28,042 nucleotides of DNA from Thermotogota bacterium (GCA_034660555.1 JAYEJL010000006.1:1-28042), one strand, 5' to 3'; counted from the stretch's first letter, positions 11,123 through 20,130 are shown. Numbers and translations are program-made. The notes: generated by a model not told the origin, from the letters alone.

Positions 11123-12236
11123 TGTCATTGTTGTAGGAGCAGGGCCCGCAGGAATTTCAGCTGCCAAAGTGCTTTCTAATGCTGGACTTGATGTACTTCT
11201 GATTGATAAATCAGCTTTTCCGAGAGATAAAGGTTGCGGTGGAGGTTTAACTCCTCGTTCAATAAAGCTTTTAAAAAGGTTGTTTCCAGATTTCAACTAT
11301 CCAAAAAACGTCGTAAATACTTTTGAGTTTGGTCAAATTCAAAACAAATCGTTTAAACCGTTTCACAGGGTAAGAATAAAAAGTGATATCCATACGGTTA
11401 AGCGAAAGGATTTTGATAATTTATTACTTAAAGAAGCAAAAAAATATGGAATAAATTATTCTGTAGATAAAATAAATTCGATAAAAGTCGAAAACAACTC
11501 TTTTATCATTGAAGGTAATGAAAAATACAGCTCAGAATACGTTATTGTAGCTTGTGGTTTATTCGGACCGAAATTGTTGAAAATTCCTGATATTGAATTT
11601 GAAGTTCCCAGGTTTTCTTTTGTTTACCACACTTCAAAAATAACTGAAAGTAATATCATAAGAATTGGATTTTTTTCTGATGGATACTTCTGGCATTTTC
11701 CGCAAACAAAAGGTTCTACAACAGGAATGGGTTTCTATAACAAGAAAAATAATGATCTTCAAATGGCAAAAGAGATTTTGGGAGAAACAGATAAAAGGAT
11801 AAAAACAAGCGTCATTCCTTTATTTGAAGCTGAGAAATCCTTTAAAAATAACAACAGATTTGATGGTTGTCTGTTTGTTGGCGACAGTGCAGGGTTTGTC
11901 GATAACTGGACGGGCGAAGGAATAAGTTTCGCTTTAAAATCCGGCATGGAAGCTGCATCAGCAATAATTAAACATTTCACAAAACCCACCAGGATCAATG
12001 ATCAATACCTATACAATATTAGAAAAATGGCAAAACATTTGATACTTGCAGATTCTTTTAGAAAAACATTTTATGGGAATTTACCAGTTAATCTGAATTT
12101 GCTTAAAGAAAAAAGATTACTTAAGTTATTTATAAGTTATATAAGCTCATTTAGTAAGAGTGCTAATTATCTGCTTATGAAAAGCATTTTTGTAAGGACT
12201 CCAGATTCAGTTCACTATTTTCAAGATACTGAATAG
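11109..12236 (+). CDS. geranylgeranyl reductase-family FAD-dependent oxidoreductase
   Basis: DVIVVGAGPAG, FPRDKGCGGGL, RKDFD, GYFWHFP, VGDSAGFVDNWTGEGISFALKSG. Confidence 0.85.
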   Translation: MKRHDVIVVGAGPAGISAAKVLSNAGLDVLLIDKSAFPRDKGCGGGLTPRSIKLLKRLFPDFNYPKNVVNTFEFGQIQNKSFKPFHRVRIKSDIHTVKRKDFDNLLLKEAKKYGINYSVDKINSIKVENNSFIIEGNEKYSSEYVIVACGLFGPKLLKIPDIEFEVPRFSFVYHTSKITESNIIRIGFFSDGYFWHFPQTKGSTTGMGFYNKKNNDLQMAKEILGETDKRIKTSVIPLFEAEKSFKNNNRFDGCLFVGDSAGFVDNWTGEGISFALKSGMEAASAIIKHFTKPTRINDQYLYNIRKMAKHLILADSFRKTFYGNLPVNLNLLKEKRLLKLFISYISSFSKSANYLLMKSIFVRTPDSVHYFQDTE

Positions 12237-12931
12237 ATCTTACTTTTAATAAAATCTTCGTTTATAGCACCATTTACGAGTTTCACCTTGCGTTCTCCAT
12301 AATTCATGGCAAATTCTTTATTATGAGTAACCATAACCACTGTCATACCAAGTTGTTTATTGATTTTCTCAGTAAGATCCATTACTTTTAGAGCGCTTTT
12401 TGGATCAAGCGATGCAGTATGTTCATCAAGCAAAAGTAATTTTGGCTTTGCTGCGATTGCCATCACCATTGCGAGAGCCTGTTTTTGACCACCAGAAAGT
12501 TCTCCAGCAAGAACATCTAACCTTTTTTCAAGTCCCAATTCCAAGTTTTTAAGCAATGTAAGCGTTGTATTAGAAAAATTACTGAATGTTAATCCTCTTA
12601 ATCCTTTTCTGGAAGAAATAATGAGATTTTCTCTTATGCTCAGATTAGAGAAAACGCCAGAATTTGGATCCTGATATACTCTACCAATTAACCTTGCAAG
12701 TTTTGCGGTACTTTTTCCGTTCATGATCTCTTCGTTCAATCTGTAAATTCCCGAATCAGGACTTATTTCTCCAAGAATGATCTTAAGTAATGTAGATTTT
12801 CCAGATCCATTGGGACCGATAACTACAACAAATTCTCCTTCGCTGATTGTCATATTGACATTGTTCAAAGCAACTGTCTCATTTGTCATTCCTCTATTAT
12901 AAACTACACTGATGTTTTTGAGTTCGACCAT
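12221..12931 (-). CDS. ABC transporter ATP-binding protein (COG1101-like)
   Basis: GPNGSGKST, RVYQDP, LSGGQKQ, LLLLDEHTASLDP. Confidence 0.93.
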   Translation of the reverse strand: MVELKNISVVYNRGMTNETVALNNVNMTISEGEFVVVIGPNGSGKSTLLKIILGEISPDSGIYRLNEEIMNGKSTAKLARLIGRVYQDPNSGVFSNLSIRENLIISSRKGLRGLTFSNFSNTTLTLLKNLELGLEKRLDVLAGELSGGQKQALAMVMAIAAKPKLLLLDEHTASLDPKSALKVMDLTEKINKQLGMTVVMVTHNKEFAMNYGERKVKLVNGAINEDFIKSKIYSVS

Positions 12932-13935
12932 AACTTTCTGACCTCCAATTTGAACGTTGACTTCCTTTTCTTGGAAAGAAGGCTTATACCGATCATTCCA
13001 ACTATAAATAATGCTGTTAATAGTTTCATGTCACTTGATCTAAAGCCAATTCTATACCCGTATCTCATTACTAATGCCAGGATTGCCTGATAAATTATGG
13101 CTCCTATAATAGGAGCCAATAAGCCAAACAGTATTTTTCTTCTTCCAAATAATATTTCACCAAGCATAACCATAGCCAATCCTGTTACAATCATTCCCTG
13201 TCCCATTGTTACATCTGAGAAACCACTATAAAGGGCAAATAATCCTCCACTTAAACCAACCAGTGCATTAGCAATAACAAATCCGAGAACAGCTATGAAG
13301 GTTTTGGGAACTCCAAATGCCTGCACACCATCAGGATTGCTTCCAAAACCTCTCATTACCATTCCCAGATCAGTCCTAAGAAAAATACCCATTAGAATTA
13401 CTACAATCAGCGCAAATAATAATAGAATGATTAGATTACCAAATGTTCCATCAGTAGAAAAAATATTATTTGATGTATTTGCATTTCTAGAAACCATAAT
13501 ATCTGATTTTGATTCATTAGTACTTTCTGCATCTCCAAACAAACCTGCTAATGGATCTTCACCTGTTATCTCTTCGTAACTCTTCATGGTATTTGTGATG
13601 TTAATACTGGGAATAGGAAGATTTGGACCGTTCATTATTCTTAGATTCACAGAATAGATCATGGTCATTACAAGTATCCCGGCCAGCAGGGGATTCACCT
13701 TTAGTTTTCTATGAATTAATGCTGTGATCATACCTGCAAGTCCTCCAAAAATGGCTCCTGAAAGTAATGCAGTTAATGCTGGAGTTCCAGTAATCAATAA
13801 ACTTACGCTAACCGCACCTCCCAGCGCAAATGAACCATCAACTGTAAGGTCTGGCATATTTAGTATCCTGAAGGATAAGAAGACTCCAAGAGCCATTATT
13901 CCCATTATCAAGCCTTGCTCAAAGATAGCTATCAC
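12904..13935 (-). CDS. ABC transporter permease (COG4120-like)
   Basis: FRILNMPDLTVDGSFALGGA, LLAGIL, DVTMGQGMIVTGLA, DMKLLTA; GTG start after GGGAG. Confidence 0.92.
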   Translation of the reverse strand: MIAIFEQGLIMGIMALGVFLSFRILNMPDLTVDGSFALGGAVSVSLLITGTPALTALLSGAIFGGLAGMITALIHRKLKVNPLLAGILVMTMIYSVNLRIMNGPNLPIPSINITNTMKSYEEITGEDPLAGLFGDAESTNESKSDIMVSRNANTSNNIFSTDGTFGNLIILLLFALIVVILMGIFLRTDLGMVMRGFGSNPDGVQAFGVPKTFIAVLGFVIANALVGLSGGLFALYSGFSDVTMGQGMIVTGLAMVMLGEILFGRRKILFGLLAPIIGAIIYQAILALVMRYGYRIGFRSSDMKLLTALFIVGMIGISLLSKKRKSTFKLEVRKLWSNSKTSV

Positions 13936-13939
13936 GTTA

Positions 13940-14920
13940 TCAACTCCCTGTTATTTCAACGCCTTCCATAACCAAAATATCTGCCCGATCGATTAAAGTT
14001 TCAGGCAAACTGATGTCCAGTGCTTCTGCAAGATCAACGTCAACATAAAGAACCAAAGAATCTGCTCCTACTATCTTCGATTCAATTTCTGAAGGATCTT
14101 TGCCCTGTAAAATTTCAAAAACTATCTTTCCCGTTTCTCTACCAACACTATAATAATTAAAGCCAAAACCTATCAGTCCTCCACCTCTTGCAACATCAAT
14201 GTCTGCCGCAATTAAAGGTACCTTATTATTTCTTGCTATATTACCTATAGATTCAATACTTGAAGCTGCCGTGTTATCTGTTCCAACATAAAGGGCATCA
14301 ACGTCAGAAATCAATGCATTAAGAGAAGAAATCATCTCTGGTGCAGTAGTACCTGTAATTTCGATTAACTCCATTACCAGTTCCTGACACGCTTCCTTTG
14401 CAAAATCTGTAATTACAGCTGAATTTGTCTCACCGGGATTATATATAATTCCTACAGTTTTAATATCAGGATCAATTAGTTTTATCAATCTGAACTGGGT
14501 TAGTACCGGAGTCATATCACTTATACCAACTACATTTCCTGAATTAAACCCAAAATTCTCAATTAATGAAGCAGCAATTGGATCGGTCACAGCAGAAAAT
14601 ACTATAGGGATATTCTTGATAACGTTCACACATGCTTGAGCTGAAGGCGTAGCAATTGCAACAACAACATCTGGCTTAATAGATAGAAAATGTTGAGCTA
14701 TCGAAACTGCAGTGTTCATGCTACCTTGAGCGCTTTGAAATCTAACTTCAAAGTCGGACCCCTGTACAAGCCCGTTGTCCTTTAGTTCATCTATGACACC
14801 CTCTCTCACAGCATCCAGTGCGGGATGCTCGACTATCGCTGTGATCACAATAAGATCTGTTGAAAATGCTGAAAATATCATTAGAAAAACAACTGCAAAA
14901 ACCAAAACCAACCTTTTCAT
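13940..14920 (-). CDS. ABC transporter substrate-binding protein, COG2984/TrpX-like (aromatic amino acid)
   Basis: IVEHPALD, AIATPSAQ, PIVFSAVTDP, GIIYNPGETNS, TDN motifs; signal peptide; start ATG 14920 after AGGAGGTG. Confidence 0.9.
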   Translation of the reverse strand: MKRLVLVFAVVFLMIFSAFSTDLIVITAIVEHPALDAVREGVIDELKDNGLVQGSDFEVRFQSAQGSMNTAVSIAQHFLSIKPDVVVAIATPSAQACVNVIKNIPIVFSAVTDPIAASLIENFGFNSGNVVGISDMTPVLTQFRLIKLIDPDIKTVGIIYNPGETNSAVITDFAKEACQELVMELIEITGTTAPEMISSLNALISDVDALYVGTDNTAASSIESIGNIARNNKVPLIAADIDVARGGGLIGFGFNYYSVGRETGKIVFEILQGKDPSEIESKIVGADSLVLYVDVDLAEALDISLPETLIDRADILVMEGVEITGS

Positions 14921-14935
14921 ACACACACCTCCTAG

Positions 14936-14970
14936 AATAAAAAAGAGGGTATCCGTTTTGGATACCCTCT
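14936..14970 (-). terminator. attenuator terminator in the 5' leader of the ABC operon
   Basis: Perfect 11-bp stem AGAGGGTATCC-AAAAC-GGATACCCTCT followed by TTTTTATT, immediately before the SD of the binding-protein gene. Confidence 0.9.
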
Positions 14971-15003
14971 CGTTATTAATCGTCTGACTATGCCATGGCA
15001 CAT

Positions 15004-15081
15004 TTAGGCAAAGCCACAAGAGGGCTTTGTCTTATACCAGTAAAAGTTAACAAATTGTGCCAGTCGCATTTGATCAGTCAT
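15004..15081 (-). CDS. attenuator leader peptide MTDQMRLAQFVNFYWYKTKPSCGFA (25 aa)
   Basis: SD GGAGG (15092-15088) 6 nt before ATG 15081; TTT-GTT-AAC-TTT-TAC-TGG-TAT cluster at 15054-15034; TAA 15006-15004. Confidence 0.82.
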   Translation of the reverse strand: MTDQMRLAQFVNFYWYKTKPSCGFA

Positions 15082-15107
15082 AATAATCCTCCAAAATTGC
15101 TTATCTT

Positions 15108-15137
15108 TTTATACCACAAATCGGAAGCAAAAGTCAA
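15108..15137 (-). promoter_or_regulatory. sigma70-type promoter of the attenuator/ABC operon
   Basis: TTGACT-18 nt-TATAAA with an extended -10 TG. Confidence 0.7.
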
Positions 15138-15284
15138 ATAACTGACGGACTATTACTAAAATAAAATATATTCCCGGCTCAAAAACATTAATATTAATAT
15201 GTTAATCAACAAATAGATAAGTAAGTTTATCCGGTTCAATCAAGATGATGATAAAACAAATAAACTAAAATGAGGGGTGAAAAG

Positions 15285-15776
15285 ATGATTAGCGAAAAAT
15301 TGGTTAAACTTATTAATGATCAGATCAAAGCTGAGCTTGAGTCTGAGTATATTTACCTTGCAATGGCAGTATGATGTGCAAAAGAGGGTTTTACTGGGGC
15401 ATATAGCTGGTTGGTCAAACAGTCTGAAGAAGAGCATGCACATGCAATGGAATTTATAGAATATCTCAAATCAAGTAATGCTGAGGTTATTATTCCTTCG
15501 ATATCAAAACCAGACACAAGTTTTGATTCTTTGCTTGATATTTTTGAAAAAGCCTTCGAACATGAAAGGTATATCTCTTCACGGATTTTCAAACTTGTAG
15601 ATAGTGCTGTTGAAGAAGATGACAAATTTACTTAAGATTTTCTTTCATGATATGTGGAAGAACAAAGAGAAGAAGAAACAACTTTCAATTTCGTCGTAAA
15701 GAAAATCAAGCTTGTGGGATCTAATATTCATATTCTAATGATGATCGATTCCATGCTCGCAAACAGAGAAGATTAG
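15285..15776 (+). pseudogene. ftn: non-heme ferritin with three in-frame stops
   Basis: SD GAGGGGTGA; MISEKLVKLINDQIKAELESEYIYLAMAV*CAKEGF...QSEEEHAHAM...HERYIS...DDKFT*DFLS*YVEEQREEE...LANRED. Stops are TGA 15372-74, TAA 15633-35 and TGA 15648-50; 163 codons, no frameshift. Confidence 0.92.
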
Positions 15777-15838
15777 AAGAGAGTAAATTACTGAACATTT
15801 CATTTTCTATTATGCAAACTTTTAGTATTATTTAACAA

Positions 15839-15865
15839 AAAAGACCCTCAAAATGAGGGTCTTTT
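15839..15865. terminator. bidirectional intrinsic terminator between ferritin and the pyrophosphatase gene
   Basis: AAAAGACCCTCA-AAA-TGAGGGTCTTTT, with A/T tracts on both sides. Confidence 0.85.
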
Positions 15866-15881
15866 CTATAATCTATCTAAT

Positions 15882-18056
15882 TCACATGAAAAATGGTTCA
15901 ACAGGGAATAATGAACCAAAGACAAGTGAAATCACCGACATTAACTTTATCAGGATATCCATGGAAGGTCCTACTGTATCTTTTAATGGATCGCCAACGG
16001 TATCGCCAACAATGGTAGCGTCATGAACATCTGTACCTTTGCCTCCAAGATTCCCTGATTCTACATACTTTTTAGCGTTATCCCAGGCTCCACCTGAGTT
16101 CGCACTAAATAAAGCTATCATAACAGCGCTTCCAAGACCACCTATCAATAGACCTGCAACAGCACTTCTACCAAAAAGGAAGCCAACAATAAATGGAGTT
16201 GCTATGGCTATAACACCGGGTAATAACATCTTGCTTAGAGCACCCTTGGTGGTTATTTCAATACATTTTGTATATTCAGGCACTTCATCACCGGTCAATA
16301 TACCTTTGTGCTCTTTAAATTGCCGTCTAATTTCCATAATCATCAAATCCGCGGTATCAGAAACTCCTCTAATTAACAGAGACGTGAAGAAGAATGGTAA
16401 CATTACTCCAATTAATGATCCAATTATTGTATATGGTTCTACTAGATTGATTACCGGATTCACTACAATATCTTCAGTTGCCCGAGCTGAACTCCATATA
16501 TATGAAACGATTAGTGCGAGCGCAGCAAAAGCTGCTGATCCTATGGCAAAACCTTTACCTATAGCAGCTGTTGTATTTCCAACTGAATCAAGTCTATCTG
16601 TAACCTTTCTAACCTCTGGAGGCAACTCAGCCATTTCTGCAATTCCACCAGCATTGTCCGCAATAGGCCCATAACTGTCAGTTGTTACTATATATCCTAC
16701 AAAGGAAAGCATACCAAGAGCGGCAATTGCTATACCGTAAACTCCAGCTGACCAGTACGCACCCAATATTGCCATTGAAAGCACTATAACAGGCCACAGA
16801 GTACTGCTCATACCAAGAGCCAATCCTGAGGTGATATTTATCGCCACCCCGCTGCGTGTCCTTTCAGCGAGTCTTCTCGTTGGCTTGTAATCATCGGATG
16901 TGTAGTATTCAGCCAATCTGCTTATTATTATTCCAGCAACAAGACCACAGGCTATCGCCAAAAAGAATCTCCACTTAGAAGTGAATTCAGGATTTATGAT
17001 GAAAGCATCCTTAAACTTATAGTTGTCTGGTGCTACAAAACCTATCACAATAGCTGTAGATATTAGAACTAAAGCGCCAGTGAAAACATTACCAAAGGCC
17101 AAGGATTTACGTGCATTATCAGATTTACGGAATCCCACAAATATAACACCAATCATGGATGATATAGCTCCTGCAGCAGCAATAAGAACAGGTAACAAAA
17201 TCAAGCCATAGTACTGGTCTTTGCTCATTCCAAAAACAACTTCTCCATTGATTACCTGTTTGTCAGCCAATTTCATAAATATGGCAAGTACTATAGCTGA
17301 GATGGTTGATGCTACATAAGATTCTAGAATATCTGCTCCAAGTCCAGCTACATCTCCAACGTTATCCCCAACATTATCTGCAATTGATGCCGGATTACGC
17401 GGGTCATCTTCAGCCAGTCCTTCTTCAACCTTACCAACAAGGTCAGCACTCATGTCCGCGGCTTTTGTGTAAAGACCGCCTCCAACTCTATCAAACAAAG
17501 CAATCAAGCTGGCTCCCAACGAGTAAGAGCTAACAAGCATTACACTGTCAAGAAAGGATATTCTACCAAATGCTTTCGATATGCCTGTAATGTTTTCATA
17601 AATAAAGAGATCTTGATTAACCAAAAGGACCACTGCTAAACCCGCCAGAGAAAATCCAGCCACAGCAAGTCCCATTACAGAACCACCTGAAAAGGCTACT
17701 CTAAAGGCCTGAGATAATCCGCTTCTTGCACCTTCAGTAACTCTGCTGTTCGCTCTTGTAGCAGCGTACATTCCAATCACACCGGCCATTTCAGATACAA
17801 AAGCTCCAAATAAAAGGGCTAGCGGAAATCTGAATGATTGAAATATTACACCCAGAGCTGCTGCTATAAGAATAGTCACAATAAAAATCTTTCTTGCTTC
17901 CTCTGAAAGAAATGCGGAAGCGCCTTTCTGAACATATCCTGAAAGCTCTTTCAACCGTTCTGTACCTTGAGAAAACTTAAACGTTCTTCTTAACATTATA
18001 AAAGCAAGAATCGTGGAAAGTATTCCAGCTATTAGTGGAAAATATAAAGCATTCAC
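15882..18056 (-). CDS. hppA: membrane-bound ion-translocating pyrophosphatase, K+-dependent, probably Na+-pumping
   Basis: GGGLYTKAADMSADLVGKVE, EDDPRNP, DNVGDNVGD, GNTTAA (Ala = K+-dependent), GGAWDNAKK, GDPLKDT; SD AAGGAGG before GTG. Confidence 0.95.
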   Translation of the reverse strand: MNALYFPLIAGILSTILAFIMLRRTFKFSQGTERLKELSGYVQKGASAFLSEEARKIFIVTILIAAALGVIFQSFRFPLALLFGAFVSEMAGVIGMYAATRANSRVTEGARSGLSQAFRVAFSGGSVMGLAVAGFSLAGLAVVLLVNQDLFIYENITGISKAFGRISFLDSVMLVSSYSLGASLIALFDRVGGGLYTKAADMSADLVGKVEEGLAEDDPRNPASIADNVGDNVGDVAGLGADILESYVASTISAIVLAIFMKLADKQVINGEVVFGMSKDQYYGLILLPVLIAAAGAISSMIGVIFVGFRKSDNARKSLAFGNVFTGALVLISTAIVIGFVAPDNYKFKDAFIINPEFTSKWRFFLAIACGLVAGIIISRLAEYYTSDDYKPTRRLAERTRSGVAINITSGLALGMSSTLWPVIVLSMAILGAYWSAGVYGIAIAALGMLSFVGYIVTTDSYGPIADNAGGIAEMAELPPEVRKVTDRLDSVGNTTAAIGKGFAIGSAAFAALALIVSYIWSSARATEDIVVNPVINLVEPYTIIGSLIGVMLPFFFTSLLIRGVSDTADLMIMEIRRQFKEHKGILTGDEVPEYTKCIEITTKGALSKMLLPGVIAIATPFIVGFLFGRSAVAGLLIGGLGSAVMIALFSANSGGAWDNAKKYVESGNLGGKGTDVHDATIVGDTVGDPLKDTVGPSMDILIKLMSVISLVFGSLFPVEPFFM

Positions 18057-18093
18057 GTTTTCTCCCTCCTTAGTTACATTTAGTTATATATTA

Positions 18094-20052
18094 TCAGAAA
18101 TCCCAGCCTATATCCCATTTTTCAACAACGTTTTCTGGTATTTTCGAAGTAAAATCATGACCGGTTCTAAACACGAATTTGTTCCCCATCATAGGCCTGC
18201 TTCTTCCGCCTCTCTGTCTAACGATATATAAAAAGTCTCTACATCTTGTTACAGCGACATAAAATATTCTTTCCTCTTCATCATAATTACCTTCCATAAT
18301 AGCCATAGCATGAGGGAAATCTCCTGGATTAACTGCAAGAATAAAGACTACATCCCATTCGAGTCCCTTTGCCTGGTGAACGGTAGTTAAAACTATGTTG
18401 TCAGAGCGTTCTTTTTCTTCCCGTTCTATATCAACCTTTTCACTAACAGCAAGATCTTCAAGCAAAACACCTATATCATCATATCTCTCGCTAATATCAA
18501 TAAGTCTTTCAACATCAAGCCTTCGTTCTCTCGCGTTTGGATATTTTTGATCAAGGTAATCGCCGTAAAATGTTGAGTAAAAATCCTCTATTGGATTCGT
18601 AGGTCGATCATTGGTATCATTTCTCTTCAATAATTCAACTATCTTATCGAGATTGTATCTGTTTGATTCGAAATTACTGATTATTGTATAAGGTTCAACA
18701 CCATCATTTACAGCTGACATTATTGCAGAGATGATTTTAAAGGATGTTTTTGTTCCAACACCCGGGAAAAGTCTGAGTAGACGTCCCCAGGAAAGTTGAT
18801 CCAGTGGATTAAAAATAACTTTAAGAAACGCTAGGATATCTTTCACATGGGCAGTCTCTACAAACTTGGGTCCAGAAAACAATATATAATCGATCTTTCT
18901 TTTATCAAGCTCCATCTGCAGCTCCATTGAGTGATAATGCGATCTGTATAAAACAGCTATTCGTTCAGGTGAGATGCCGTCATTTAAATGTTCTTCAATC
19001 TTTTGTACTACGAAAGCTGCTTCTTCCAGATTATCCCATGTTTCAGCAATAACTGGGGCAGGCCCTGAGTCCCTCACGGCCTTTAATTCCTTTTCTAGAG
19101 AGCTACCTGGTACGATTTTGTTAACAAGCTCAACAATCTCAGGAGTAGAACGATAATTGTTTTGAATTTTAAAAATATTTGCATCACCTTTATTAAGGAA
19201 ATCATAGACATTTTCAAATCTTGCACCACGGAAAGAATATATCGACTGGGCATCGTCTCCAACTACAATCAAATTTCTATTTACGCCGGAAAGCATTTCA
19301 ACCAGTTTGTATTGTACTATATTGGTATCTTGAAACTCATCAACAAGAACCCATTGAAATCTTTCTGACTCTTTGTTAAGTATTCTTGGGTTGTTCTCAA
19401 ATAATTCTGTAGCTTTTACTAGAAGATCATCATAATCAAGGGCATTGTGATCAAGTTTTATTTGTGTATAACGTTTCCATATTTCTTCTATATGCTCGTA
19501 TACACCAAGGAATTTTCTGTTCTTTCTTACAATTGATTCTTCAAGATCTACCAAACAGTTTAAGCAATAAGAAAAGATCGATAATAGAACTCCGGCGCTT
19601 GGTAATATAGGTGCTTCTTTTTTGCCAATATCTTCAAGTAACTGTCCTCTAACGTGCTTAATCAAATCCTTGGAATCTTCTCTGTCCAATATAGTAAAAT
19701 TATCGTTGATGTTTAGATATTTAGAATACTTCCTTATGAAATAATTACAAATATGATGAAATGTACCGCTTAACATCCCTTTAAGACTGGTCCCGCTGGC
19801 CTTACGAGCTCTATCAATCATTTCCTTAGAAGCCGCTCTGGTAAATGTAACAAGTAAAATATTCTCTGGTTTTACCCCCTGTGAAATGAGATGTGCAATT
19901 TTGAAGGTAATGACCCTTGTTTTTCCTGAACCAGGTCCGGCTACAACAAGACTTCTACCCTTTGAGTTAATAACAGCATTTAGTTGTTCGGAATCAAGTG
20001 AACTCTGCAAGAAATCGGGCACAGAATGTGGTTTTAAAGAATATTTTTTCAT
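18094..20052 (-). CDS. UvrD/PcrA-family (SF1) ATP-dependent DNA helicase
   Basis: AGPGSGKT, VDEFQDTN, VGDDAQSIYSFRGA, NYRS, TVHQAKGLEW, EERIFYVAVTR; start ATG 20052 after GGAGG. Confidence 0.93.
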   Translation of the reverse strand: MKKYSLKPHSVPDFLQSSLDSEQLNAVINSKGRSLVVAGPGSGKTRVITFKIAHLISQGVKPENILLVTFTRAASKEMIDRARKASGTSLKGMLSGTFHHICNYFIRKYSKYLNINDNFTILDREDSKDLIKHVRGQLLEDIGKKEAPILPSAGVLLSIFSYCLNCLVDLEESIVRKNRKFLGVYEHIEEIWKRYTQIKLDHNALDYDDLLVKATELFENNPRILNKESERFQWVLVDEFQDTNIVQYKLVEMLSGVNRNLIVVGDDAQSIYSFRGARFENVYDFLNKGDANIFKIQNNYRSTPEIVELVNKIVPGSSLEKELKAVRDSGPAPVIAETWDNLEEAAFVVQKIEEHLNDGISPERIAVLYRSHYHSMELQMELDKRKIDYILFSGPKFVETAHVKDILAFLKVIFNPLDQLSWGRLLRLFPGVGTKTSFKIISAIMSAVNDGVEPYTIISNFESNRYNLDKIVELLKRNDTNDRPTNPIEDFYSTFYGDYLDQKYPNARERRLDVERLIDISERYDDIGVLLEDLAVSEKVDIEREEKERSDNIVLTTVHQAKGLEWDVVFILAVNPGDFPHAMAIMEGNYDEEERIFYVAVTRCRDFLYIVRQRGGRSRPMMGNKFVFRTGHDFTSKIPENVVEKWDIGWDF

Positions 20053-20130
20053 TGTAAACCTCCAATAGTTGATTTTATCATAAATTCTTTTTACCATTAT
20101 TCTGGTATATTTTATCTAGGGGGTGAAATA

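Noticed and set aside
14921..15019. N-terminal extension of the binding protein (ORF track start 15019)
   Set aside because: Runs through the attenuator; the strong SD and signal peptide place the start at 14920.
14936..15100. T-box riboswitch
   Set aside because: No TGGNACC T-box bulge or stem I motifs are visible and the leader is short; the leader peptide explains it better.
2957..15776. Genetic-code reassignment or pyrrolysine/selenocysteine read-through explaining the in-frame stops
   Set aside because: TAG replaces Trp in one gene and Glu in another, TAA also occurs, frameshifts accompany the stops, TGG is used normally, and TAG/TGA terminate intact genes in the window.
16039..16674. 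211-aa plus-strand ORF and other antisense ORFs (e.g. 10081-10563, 25820-26206)
   Set aside because: Shadows of well-supported genes on the opposite strand, with no motifs or SD.
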